Shown: positions 36,527-45,871, counted from the stretch's first letter. The stretch is DNA of 51,617 bases from Parcubacteria group bacterium CG1_02_58_44 (GCA_001872545.1 MNWN01000018.1:1-51617), one strand, 5' to 3'. The notes: a model not told the origin generated them from the letters alone. A program made the numbers and translations.

Positions 36527-36886
36527 TCATTTCTTTATCTGCGCGTTTAATTTCGCGGCAGCTTCCGGCGTCGATACTGTCTTTCCGATCAGGATTAGTT
36601 TGATTATTCCTACAGCGACGATCCAATAGACGACCATCGCAAGAAGTGTGGTCCATTCAAAGATGTTGCTAGCAACCGATGAAATACGGAAGACTGCAAG
36701 AAAAGGAGCAGTGAAGATATAGGTGACACCGTAAATAAAAACGCTAAAACCAGCGGATGGATTTGCCCCCATCAATTTTAGTACAAAACGGAAGGCAAGA
36801 AGGACTTCCATTGCGCCGAGTAGGTACCATACGATTTGTGTGCCGCGATACAATGGCTTGGTGCTAGGCGAGTCAGCTGAATTCAT
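36527..36886 (-). CDS. YggT-like membrane protein
   Basis: EVLLAFRFVLKLMGANP..GF..FIY..T..FTAPF..F...EWTTLLAM. Confidence 0.8.
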   Translation of the reverse strand: MNSADSPSTKPLYRGTQIVWYLLGAMEVLLAFRFVLKLMGANPSAGFSVFIYGVTYIFTAPFLAVFRISSVASNIFEWTTLLAMVVYWIVAVGIIKLILIGKTVSTPEAAAKLNAQIKK

Positions 36887-37165
36887 TTGGTGTCTCGGGC
36901 AACTATGCATTATTTGAGAGAATTCCCTAAGTATACACTAAAAAATGGATTTGTCAGTCTTTGTTGGCTGCTAGGCTTAAAATGATTCAAATGGTATACG
37001 TTGGCTACGTTAACTGGTCAGTTGGTGCGTGTTATGGAACTTCGGTTCGACTCTGGAGTCGACGATATCTCAGTGTCTAATTTAGTTTTGTCTAGGCTTA
37101 ACGGTCGGAATGACCGCAGTTTGATAAACCAGCTCAGAAAATAGCGTATTCATTTTAATTGTCCC

Positions 37166-37222
37166 GAACGCATTCAAAACGGGCAGCTAACAAGAGCAGG
37201 TCTCTCCGAGGCCTGTTTCTGC
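37166..37222 (+). repeat. Cassette-boundary repeat R2
   Basis: GAACGCATTCAAAACGGGCAGCTAACAAGAGCAGGTCTCTCCGAGGCCTGTTTCTGC. Confidence 0.8.
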
Positions 37223-37249
37223 AATACTATGATTTTTAGCGTTTTTTTT

Positions 37250-37405
37250 GTCTGCAAAACCTCGGGCCAAGGCCCGGGATTCCTTATGATCCCTTGTCCT
37301 CATGGATTTTTTCGGATGAGACATATTTGGATGCGGACATGAGGACAAGGGACAAATGAAGTATCTCTAGTAAAGATACCCCAGGCCTTGCCCCGGGGAG
37401 TGTTG
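37250..37405. mobile_element. Candidate non-autonomous IS200/IS605-like palindromic element
   Basis: End hairpins CTCGGGCCAAGGCCCGGG and CCCCAGGCCTTGCCCCGGGGAGTGTTG enclose a perfect 15-bp IR (37290-37304/37338-37352). Confidence 0.45.
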
Positions 37406-37536
37406 TTTGGAGGAGTGGTTTGGGGTCATAGGGTGAAGGCTATAGTTTTTTGTCTCCGTAAAGTACGGGCAAACTATGTGATTTTGTGGCACCCTGATAA
37501 CATAGTTTCGTTTAACGGTCTATGCTGTTTGTCACT

Positions 37537-39415
37537 ATGGGCGCCGAACACGGTCTACAACGCGAATCCAAATCGGAGGAGGAGGTCGGAGCGGAGTCCA
37601 TCATGACTCCTGAACAGAGACGAATGTCCGAGGAACGGGCCGAATTTGATGTTCAGGAACAGCCTCCTTGGGAGGATTTTGAGGAGAATTCAGTTGACGA
37701 GAATTACGAACGTCGGAAGCCGACAGTCGAAGAGAAGGAACGGATGGATCGTACCATGGAGGAGCTTGGTCAACTCATGAGTCAGTCCGATGTCCGCTGG
37801 CAGCTCGATGGGGCCATCAACATTCCGCTCTTATGGCGGAGAATACATTGGTATCCACAAGGACGTCGACATCTCAGTCGAGCCGGATGATCTATCAGCT
37901 CTCGAGGCACATTTGGTCGGTCGGGGATACGGTCTGTTCGAGTCGTTGCCTCGCGACGGCGATGATTCGTCTCGTCGCCTGCGGCGTGTCTCTGCTGATC
38001 GAGTATTGGGCAGCGAATTGAGAGAAAAATTGGCAGTCAATAAGATCGACGGACGGGGCAAGATTATCCCCGGAGGTGACCTAAGCTCCATTGATCTTCA
38101 TGTCATCGGGCGCGATTCGGACGGTCGGGCGTTAGGTAAGAAAGGTACTCCGCTGCCCGAACGTTGGATGACCCCCGAGCGGATTACGGTTGTTGGCGGT
38201 AAGGAAGTTAACATTAGTCATCCGGCTCGCACCCTGTACTACAAATTGCACCAGGGACGCAACTACGATTTTACCGATCTTGATCGGTTGGTAGAGACTG
38301 GAGCGTTATCCGAACAGGACCTTTTCGAGGTCAAGCAAGTGTTGGCTGAAGAGCGTCAGGCCGATTATTCCATGATTGATCGTGCCTTGGCACCGATAGC
38401 CGACCGGTTGGCCGAAGCATCTGACGCAGGGGAGGTTTTTGCGGCGTTTGCCAATTCGCCGACATTCATTGAACACATGACGCCGGAAAAGGAAGAAACT
38501 CTTCGTAAGATAGCCGAGCGACTAGCGATGGCTGAGGATCGTACGCCTGCCGGATTGACCAAAGAAATGATTGCGTTCGCCGGATTGGACCGGCAGCATG
38601 ATCAGCGTCAAATGTGTATCGAACGTCTGATCGGGAAACTGAATGAAAATAAAAAAATGGTGCAGGCACGAAAGGAGATCGGTGAGGTCGGAGGTGAGAA
38701 GAAGACTTTAAGGATTGAAGGTTTTACTGCTGGCCTAGAGAATTTGACTGCCAGTGTTTTGAATAGGCTGCAGGATCGGGAGCATGTACTGCTGGCGATC
38801 AGCGGCAAATCCGGTTCTGGTAAGTCAGAACTGGCCCGGCAGCTCCGTGACCAGTTGGGCGAACAGGGTGTGAAAGCGACTGTGGTCAGCAGCGATGACT
38901 TCTACGACAGTGAAGACCCTCGTCGTCCGCAGGACAAGCATCTTGACCACGAGAGATTGCACGGTCTTTTTCGTGACCTTCAGGCGGGTAAGGCTTCGGG
39001 TAAATATGAACCGTCGTCGGTGATTATTATTGAGGGCCTGCAGACTATCGATGACAAGGTGGTCGGTCAGACACCGGATATGCGTGCGCATGTGGAGACC
39101 GACTTTAGTCAGCGCATGGGACGAAGGTTGGTGCGTGACGAACGGATTGGGTATCGTAATGCCGGTGTTTCGCTCGATATGCTCGCCAAAGTGGCGGTCA
39201 GCAATCCCGAGTTGATTCGAAAGTTCGAGACCGATGTTGATACGGACCATTGCGATTTCGTTATAGAAAACGATCACAAAGAGCCTCATGAACCAGAGAT
39301 TTTTATTCAGAACAATGAGCTTGTTTTTGTTATTGATGGTCAGATGAAGGAATCCCGTCGGCTCAGCCAAGACGAAAAGATGGCAATACTGGCGCTGGGT
39401 TTTGATGAAAGATAA
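37537..39415 (+). pseudogene. Frameshifted nucleotidyltransferase + uridine-kinase-like P-loop fusion (~625 aa if repaired)
   Basis: WQLDGAINIPL (frame A) joins YGGEYIGIHKDVDISV (frame B) if one T near 37831 is removed; C-terminal AISGKSGSGKS, VSSDDFY and IIIEGL motifs. Confidence 0.7.
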
Positions 39416-39429
39416 GGTGGCATCGTTCC

Positions 39430-39487
39430 GAACGCGTCCAAGACGGGCAGTCACGACAGAAAATCGCCCACAACAGGCGGTTTTTTG
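39430..39487 (+). repeat. Cassette-boundary repeat R3 (different terminator hairpin)
   Basis: GAACGCGTCCAAGACGGGCAGTCA followed by CAGAAAATCGCC-N7-GGCGGTTTTTTG. Confidence 0.8.
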
Positions 39488-39547
39488 CTTGGTTAGGTTA
39501 GTAGCGTATTATCTAGATAAATAATCTTTGACTCTCTTCCGTTAACT

Positions 39548-41515
39548 ATGGAAAGTCATTTTTCTCCAGAACGTTTCGGTCTTGATTCCGCTGATCCACA
39601 GAAAGAATCAGCGGAACTGCCGAAATTGGATACCAGTCCGGAAGTGTCCGTCGTTCCAGAAACCGGACCAGAGCGAGAGCTGCGGGAGCATTGGGAACTA
39701 ATAGATAGGCAAATTGATTCCGTCATCGGTTACGTTAGCCTAGTCGAGGATATCGAGGGTGCGGAGCTGCACGGCGAATCTGCCGACGAGGCGCTCGAAC
39801 GGGGCTTTGACAAAATAATGAAAGATCAGGGGTGGCAGCGATTACCGGACGAACTTAGCGCTCTTGAAAAGGAAAATGATGAGTTGCTCGAAGAATTTTG
39901 TGAGGCACCGGAGTCCGAGTCCGAACCTGATCGGACAGAAGAGGACAGTCAACGCCTTAAGGAAGATTTGCTCAATAGGGCCAAGAAGAACGGGGACAAA
40001 ATTAGACGACTGAGAAAGGATCCGAACCTGCTGTTCGCGAACGAGATGGCCGGCCTGAAGAATGACCTGCTGAAGAAACGCAAAGAGGTCGACGGTCTGC
40101 GCGAACAGAAAATTAACGATTGGCCGTTCTGGGAGGACAGTCATCCGGAATTTGGTCCGGACGATGCCGATCCAGACTTCGGGACCTTTGCTGTACGCCT
40201 TAATGTGGGTCCGGGTAAGTTGAGAAAAAGCCTCGGTGTCAGCTTCGGAGGAACGCCGATATTCGTGGTAGGTGCGGCCGATAGACATCAGGAAGGCGTT
40301 GCCGTGCATGAGACAATTCATACGATGATGCACGACCATTACAGGAACGTCACCCTGCTACTGTTGCAGAAATTTGACTTGGCGTTGGCCTCTGTTGAGA
40401 AGCTACATATTAGTGATGCTGAGCGGTTTCGGGAGAAAATTGGCACATTGGAGGATGTTTTCGCCGCCAGCAAAGACGAGCTGGTGGCAAACGTGCCCTA
40501 CCTAGAAAAAAAGCTGCTTGACCCGCTGGTCGAACCGAAGTTCAATGGCAACCTCATGGAGTCCGGTAACGTTTACGGCGAGGACTCTTTTTTCGACGAG
40601 AGCTACTCGACTGCCGCTATCGAGCTTAAGGGCTATATCGGCACTCTTAGGCATCATCGAGATAAGATTCTAGAGGACCTAGAAACCGCCGAAGGTGGGG
40701 AGGTTCTCGAGATAGCGCGCTCTCTGCAGGCACTTGTTGGTCACTGCAGCCGTCTGGAGCGGGAGATCGTTAAGATGCAGCGCGGAATGGAGCGCGGTAT
40801 CGTTGCCGCCGAACTGATGGGGTCCGAGATGCAGGGCCGGATGATGGCCTACTTTATGGTCAGCGATCCTGGCCAGTACAAGAATTCGCTGCGTTTTCTG
40901 GAGCGGCAGCCCGGTGGCGAAGGCGTGCGCGAAAAGGGGCCGCAGATAGACGGGATGGTCGCGTTTCAGAAGACCGGTCTCGTCTTGCCGGAACTTCTTG
41001 AGGCGGTATCCTCGTCGGGTGGTGACGATTGGACAGAACGCATGCGGAACAAATATGCGGCATGGACGCCGGAGCAGCTTCTTGGCAGATGCCTGTTTAC
41101 CGGTGTGGCTAGCGAGAAGATGCCGACCGATAAGTTCGGCGAGCAGCTGCGTCGACAGGTCGATTTCCTATGGGCGATGGACATACTGGTACCACCGGAA
41201 AAACTTGCCGAGGTGAAACGGGAATACTGTCGGAATAAGCTAGACCGCGTTTTGGCTAGAGATGAATGGGTGGATTCTTTCCGTGATTTCTTGTCCGGGG
41301 AACACAATCAAGACATGCGAATTGAGGCAGCCGAGCAAATCAGTCAAGGAATCAGAGAATTCTTAAAAACCGGAGAATACATCAGTATTGGTCCTGCGTA
41401 CTGGAGACTGAGGGGAATGGTCAAAAAAGCAGTGATGCTCGGCCTTGTCGAAGAATTGACGCTATCAGAACAGGAAATGGATCGTCTACCTCCGTATTTT
41501 ATTCATATCGACTGA
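39548..41515 (+). CDS. Large acidic hypothetical protein with HExxH motif
   Basis: 655-aa ORF; coiled-coil N-terminus; VAVHETIHTM. Confidence 0.7.
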   Translation: MESHFSPERFGLDSADPQKESAELPKLDTSPEVSVVPETGPERELREHWELIDRQIDSVIGYVSLVEDIEGAELHGESADEALERGFDKIMKDQGWQRLPDELSALEKENDELLEEFCEAPESESEPDRTEEDSQRLKEDLLNRAKKNGDKIRRLRKDPNLLFANEMAGLKNDLLKKRKEVDGLREQKINDWPFWEDSHPEFGPDDADPDFGTFAVRLNVGPGKLRKSLGVSFGGTPIFVVGAADRHQEGVAVHETIHTMMHDHYRNVTLLLLQKFDLALASVEKLHISDAERFREKIGTLEDVFAASKDELVANVPYLEKKLLDPLVEPKFNGNLMESGNVYGEDSFFDESYSTAAIELKGYIGTLRHHRDKILEDLETAEGGEVLEIARSLQALVGHCSRLEREIVKMQRGMERGIVAAELMGSEMQGRMMAYFMVSDPGQYKNSLRFLERQPGGEGVREKGPQIDGMVAFQKTGLVLPELLEAVSSSGGDDWTERMRNKYAAWTPEQLLGRCLFTGVASEKMPTDKFGEQLRRQVDFLWAMDILVPPEKLAEVKREYCRNKLDRVLARDEWVDSFRDFLSGEHNQDMRIEAAEQISQGIREFLKTGEYISIGPAYWRLRGMVKKAVMLGLVEELTLSEQEMDRLPPYFIHID

Positions 41516-41527
41516 ATTGCTGGTTAC

Positions 41528-41584
41528 GAACGCGTCCAAGATGGGCATTCAACAAAAACAGGCCTCTCCGAGGCCTGTTTTTGT
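41528..41584 (+). repeat. Cassette-boundary repeat R4
   Basis: GAACGCGTCCAAGATGGGCATTCAACAAAAACAGGCCTCTCCGAGGCCTGTTTTTGT. Confidence 0.8.
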
Positions 41585-41775
41585 CGACAGCCTAGATAAG
41601 CATGGGACTTTTGGGCGGGTAGCATAGTTGGTCAGCGACATGATCGACAGCTATACTAATAAATAGCCAGCTCGCCTTCGTGACTCCTTGGAAAGGAGGG
41701 ATTTTAGAACCAAGTAAACCCACCGTTCATCGTGTTATTTTTATCATGCGGTCCGCTGTCCATAATCCTACATCC

Positions 41776-43443
41776 ATGAAAAAAACTGTAATCTTACTAT
41801 CCTTGCTTTTAATGGTTTTGGCCGTTACTCCCAGTTTGGCGGCGACATCGATCGCCGAAAGGGTCAGGGGAAAGATCGTCTTGCAGGTTGAAAGCCATGG
41901 GGAGGCTCATTATGTCTCTCCGGACAATCTTCGGAGATACTATTTGGGCCGACCTCAGGATGCTTTTGACATAATGCGGACCATGGGATTGGGAATAACC
42001 GACGCCAATCTGGCCAGAATTCCCAAGGACACCGACAGCTGGACCGGAGAAACCCCTTTCATAAATCTCATAAGGGGCAAGATTTTGCTTCAGGTCGAGC
42101 AGCATGGCGAGGCTTGGTACGTCTATCCGGACAACGGCAAGAGATACTTTTTGGGACGTCCCAGCGACGCCTTTAACATCATGAGCAGTTTGGGGCTCGG
42201 TATCTCGACCAGAGATCTTTCGACTATTGCCGTGGGGACGATGGCTGCAAGTGAGACAGAAGAGACAAATGGGAACGGTCAACCGGTACCAGCTGACGAA
42301 GAAGATGCGTCGGGTGACGTCGGCAGCGGCGATACAATTGTCAACACAAACACTGAAGATCCAAATTCTGTTGTCGTAAGCAGCGTTTCCGCCCTGATGA
42401 CTGCCATCGAAAACGCCAACAACGGCAGCAAGAAGACGATTCTGATTGAAGACGGAACCTACACGCTAGGCAATATGCTCTGGGTTTCGGCGGACGGGGT
42501 TACGGTGAGAGGCCGTTCGGGAAACCGCGAGGCGGTTATCCTGCAGGGCGACGGGATGACCGGCAGCGTTTCGCACATCTTTAATGTCGCCGGAGACGAT
42601 TTTACCGTCCGTGATCTGACCCTAAGGAGGGTTGCCAATCATGCAATCCAACTGCAGGTAAACGTCGACGGTTTTACCGTCGATAATGCCCACTTCTTGG
42701 ACACGGGCGAGCAGATGCTGAAGGTCGCCTATGATGCAGGGAACATGTCGGCAAGTTCCGATGGCGGCTTGGTCGAGAACAGTCTGTTCGAATATAGCGC
42801 CGGGCGCGGGCCGCAGTACTATATCGGTGGGGTCGACGCGCACAACGCCAAGAATTGGATTGTCCGTGACAACGTCTTCAAGAACATCAAGAGTCCTAGC
42901 GACGACATCGCCGAGTTTGCCATCCATTTTTGGTCTGAGTCGGCGAATACCCTAGTCGAAAGAAACACGATCGTGAACTGCGACCGGGGAATCGGCTTTG
43001 GTCTCGGCGATCGCGGTCATGTCGGCGGGACCATCCGCAACAACATGATCTACCATGACGGCTCGGAGGGATTCGCCGACGTTCAGATCGGACTTGAGGA
43101 CGCCAGAAATTCGCAGGTCTACAACAATACTATTTTCATGGCCAACAGCTATCAGAATGCCATCGAGTATCGCTTCGAAAGCACGACGGGGGTGCAGATC
43201 TACAACAACTTGACCAACCGGGCCATCACTGCCCGTGACGGAGCCTCAGGAACAGTCGCGAGCAACATCACCAATGCCCAGGCCGGTTGGTTCGTCTCCC
43301 CGTCGTCGGGAAATCTCCACTTGAGCAGCTCCGTCTCTTCGGTCGTAGATCAGGGGCGAAACATCTCCGGATTAACCAACGATTTCGACGGTGAGTTACG
43401 GCCGAGGGGGAGTGGAATAGATGTCGGTGCAGACGAGCTTTAG
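41776..43443 (+). CDS. Exported protein: duplicated CPR-type N-terminal domain + right-handed parallel beta-helix (pectin-lyase-like)
   Basis: Signal peptide MKKTVILL..SLA; two copies of RGKI.LQVE.HGEA.YV.PD...RY.LGRP.DAF.IM..GLGI; IRNNMI/VYNNTI beta-helix repeats; DFDG..RP....DVGADE tail. Confidence 0.85.
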   Translation: MKKTVILLSLLLMVLAVTPSLAATSIAERVRGKIVLQVESHGEAHYVSPDNLRRYYLGRPQDAFDIMRTMGLGITDANLARIPKDTDSWTGETPFINLIRGKILLQVEQHGEAWYVYPDNGKRYFLGRPSDAFNIMSSLGLGISTRDLSTIAVGTMAASETEETNGNGQPVPADEEDASGDVGSGDTIVNTNTEDPNSVVVSSVSALMTAIENANNGSKKTILIEDGTYTLGNMLWVSADGVTVRGRSGNREAVILQGDGMTGSVSHIFNVAGDDFTVRDLTLRRVANHAIQLQVNVDGFTVDNAHFLDTGEQMLKVAYDAGNMSASSDGGLVENSLFEYSAGRGPQYYIGGVDAHNAKNWIVRDNVFKNIKSPSDDIAEFAIHFWSESANTLVERNTIVNCDRGIGFGLGDRGHVGGTIRNNMIYHDGSEGFADVQIGLEDARNSQVYNNTIFMANSYQNAIEYRFESTTGVQIYNNLTNRAITARDGASGTVASNITNAQAGWFVSPSSGNLHLSSSVSSVVDQGRNISGLTNDFDGELRPRGSGIDVGADEL

Positions 43444-43487
43444 GATAAGCTATTACCTAGTCCGTTATTTACTAATCAGTTCGGTCC

Positions 43488-43919
43488 ATGGAATCAAGAA
43501 AATCGGAGTCACATCAAGAAACAGGTCTGGAAGCAGGTAAGGCGGCAGGACCCGTAGTCGCACATGAACAGCTGACTCCCGAACAGGAGGAACAGGCTAG
43601 GTTTTGGTTGGAAAAGATCAGAGAAGGTCAGCTCGTGGAAAAAAGTCTTGAACCAGCGGAGAAAGAAAAGATTGCTTCGGAAATCGAAGTGTTTTTTGAG
43701 ACATGGTTGGTGCCGGAGAAGCTCGGGCCGCTTCTTGCTTTAGAGACACAAGCAGAAGCGTTGGCGAGTCCTCTTAGGGCGGAAGCAAAAGAGGATTTAG
43801 CGGGTATTTTGAGAAGAATTATTCTTTTGGGTAAACTAAAAGAATTTATGGAAAATTACATGACCCTATCAAAGGCTGTAGGCATCATCAACGGCGGTGT
43901 GGTCGATCATGTCAGATGA
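43488..43919 (+). CDS. Hypothetical protein
   Basis: 143-aa acidic ORF ending LSKAVGIINGGVVDHVR. Confidence 0.65.
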   Translation: MESRKSESHQETGLEAGKAAGPVVAHEQLTPEQEEQARFWLEKIREGQLVEKSLEPAEKEKIASEIEVFFETWLVPEKLGPLLALETQAEALASPLRAEAKEDLAGILRRIILLGKLKEFMENYMTLSKAVGIINGGVVDHVR

Positions 43920-43991
43920 CTTAATAAGTCATCTGACCCTTTTAGAATTTCTGAACGCCCCCCCTCAATTGTTCACGCAGGTCTGGTGTCA

Positions 43992-44432
43992 ATGTCTATG
44001 CTGATCGTCAGGAAAGCCGGTGCCGTGGTGCTGTCCAAGAGTGATCCGTCATTGGTCGCGCTGATTTTTCGTGCGGGACACGGCGATTGGTCGTTTCCCA
44101 AGGGGCACGTCGAAGAGGGCGAGACTTCCGTCCGGGCTATGGCCAGGGAGGTCGCCGAGGAGACCGGGCTGTCTGTCCATTCGGTCGGTGTTCCGCTTCC
44201 GGCCATGGAATACGATCATCCGAGCGGCAGTCACGTGATCCTCGACATGTTTCTTGCGCAGTCCGAGGACGATACGGCACTCAGAACCGAGTTCAATGGC
44301 GATCGAGTCGTCTGGGTCGATTATGCAGAGGTCGCGGACAGACTCAGCCATGAGAATGTCAGACAATACTACTCAGGTGTCCAAGCGAGGATCAAGACGA
44401 CCATCGACGGTCTTCGAGTCGTGGAGCCGTAG
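43992..44432 (+). CDS. NUDIX hydrolase
   Basis: WSFPKGHVEEGETSVRAMAREVAEETGL Nudix box. Confidence 0.92.
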   Translation: MSMLIVRKAGAVVLSKSDPSLVALIFRAGHGDWSFPKGHVEEGETSVRAMAREVAEETGLSVHSVGVPLPAMEYDHPSGSHVILDMFLAQSEDDTALRTEFNGDRVVWVDYAEVADRLSHENVRQYYSGVQARIKTTIDGLRVVEP

Positions 44433-44488
44433 GTAAGATATTGCTGTCGTTCACCGCTGTTTATTTTTTGTCGTCTCCTTCGTCAAAT

Positions 44489-44520
44489 AAAAACGCGGGA
44501 CCACCAAGGGGTGATCCCGC
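44489..44520 (-). terminator. Minus-strand terminator
   Basis: GCGGGATCACC-CCTT-GGTGGTCCCGC-GTTTTT on the minus strand. Confidence 0.65.
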
Positions 44521-44851
44521 TGAGTTCTGCTTGAGTGCGGCCGGACTGGCGGTCAGATGGTGCTATCGACCGTAGTTCGGCGCACACTCAGGTCCGCGGC
44601 GTTCGCACTGTCGTTGCGCTCCGTGCATTGACAGCTACGAAAAAAGAACCAAAAGTTTCCTGACTTCCATGGAGTTTTCTCCTTTCCTGGAAGGTCTTCA
44701 CGATGATAACAACTGAGGTTAGAGCTGACAAGTCAACAGTATCCACTAATTGTGGATATTCTGAAATCACTTTCGAAGCATCTCATCATGAGGTTGTCCG
44801 CAGTCATGACTAGGCATGGCTTGTGGGAACTGAGCTTGTCATAATCCAGGT

Positions 44852-45537
44852 ATGTGTTTTTCCGCGACAGCCAGCTTCGTCGCCGCCGCCGGCTTGAGTG
44901 CCATGGGCGTGGTGACCCTGCGCGAGGCCAAATCGATAGACCGGATTCCGCTCGCGGCCATGCCGCTGCTTTTCGGCGCCCAGCAGGCCGTGGAGGGAAT
45001 CGTCTGGGTTTCGTCCGGCGTCCCTTGGCTGCACTCGTCGGCCGCCTTCGTCTACGTGATGTTCTCGCACGTGCTGTGGCCGTTCTACGTTCCGTTGGCG
45101 GTCGGTGCGCTCGAGCCGCCCGGCCGCAGGAGGACAGCCCTCAGGATATTCCTGCTGATCGGGTCGCTCTCAGTCTCTGGCTCCTGACCTACGTTTTGCG
45201 CGGACCTGTTACAGCGTCCTGCGCGACAGGCAGCATCATTTACCGTATGGTTCTGCCGCCCATTCCGTACGGTCTGGCCGTCTACGTGCTCGTGACCTGC
45301 TGTTTCTGCCTGATTTCCAGTCATAAGTTCATCCGCGTCCTCGGTCTGGCGCTCGTTGGTGCGCTGGCGATCTCGCTTTGGTCCTACCTGACGGCGTTCT
45401 ATTCGGTCTGGTGTTTCTTCTCGGCTCTCTTGAGCGCCGTCATCTACGTGCATTTGAGGCACGGGAAAGAGCTGTCTCGACTGGTCAGGAAGTACGAGAA
45501 TACGGCCCGCAGACGTTTTCGCAGCGGCGGACGGTGA
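44852..45537 (+). pseudogene. DUF6629-like membrane protein split by a frameshift near 45165
   Basis: MCFSATASF..PLLFGAQQAVEG.VW in frame A continues as LSLWLL...FYSVWCFFSALLS in frame B. Confidence 0.75.
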
Positions 45538-45556
45538 CTGATCGAGAGGATCCAAT

Positions 45557-45754
45557 ATGAAAGACGGAACAAGGCGAGCGGACATTTTTCCGGGACAGGC
45601 GGTGGCGATCACCCTAAAGAAGGATCAGGGCACGAGCGTCCTGACGCAGGGGTTCGTTCGGGACATCCTGACCGGTTCGGCTGTCCATCCGCGCGGCATC
45701 AAGGTCAGGCTGACCACCGGCGAGGTCGGACGGGTGCAGGTGATCGTCGAGTAG
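45557..45754 (+). CDS. YwbE (DUF2196) family protein
   Basis: DG..RADI.PG..V.I.LKKDQ....LT.G.VRDILT.S..HPRGIKVRL..GEVGRV. Confidence 0.9.
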   Translation: MKDGTRRADIFPGQAVAITLKKDQGTSVLTQGFVRDILTGSAVHPRGIKVRLTTGEVGRVQVIVE

Positions 45755-45871
45755 GCTTTCTTTTGGGTTAAGGTTCCTGATTGAGAAAAGCCGATCCAAG
45801 GTGCAGTGAGGTCGATTTTGATATACTTCTTTTCGACAATTAAGAATTAGCTTTCGTCCTAGCCGATTATT

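Noticed and set aside
34131-41584. Classical integron attC sites
   Set aside because: R4 has ATTCAAC and R3 is followed by GTTAGGT, but no copy has both R boxes; the hairpins lack extrahelical bases; no intI gene. The tRNA-3'-end geometry fits better.
44739-44759. DnaA boxes / replication origin
   Set aside because: Only two imperfect boxes (GTATCCACT, TGTGGATAT); no box cluster, unwinding element or dnaA gene.
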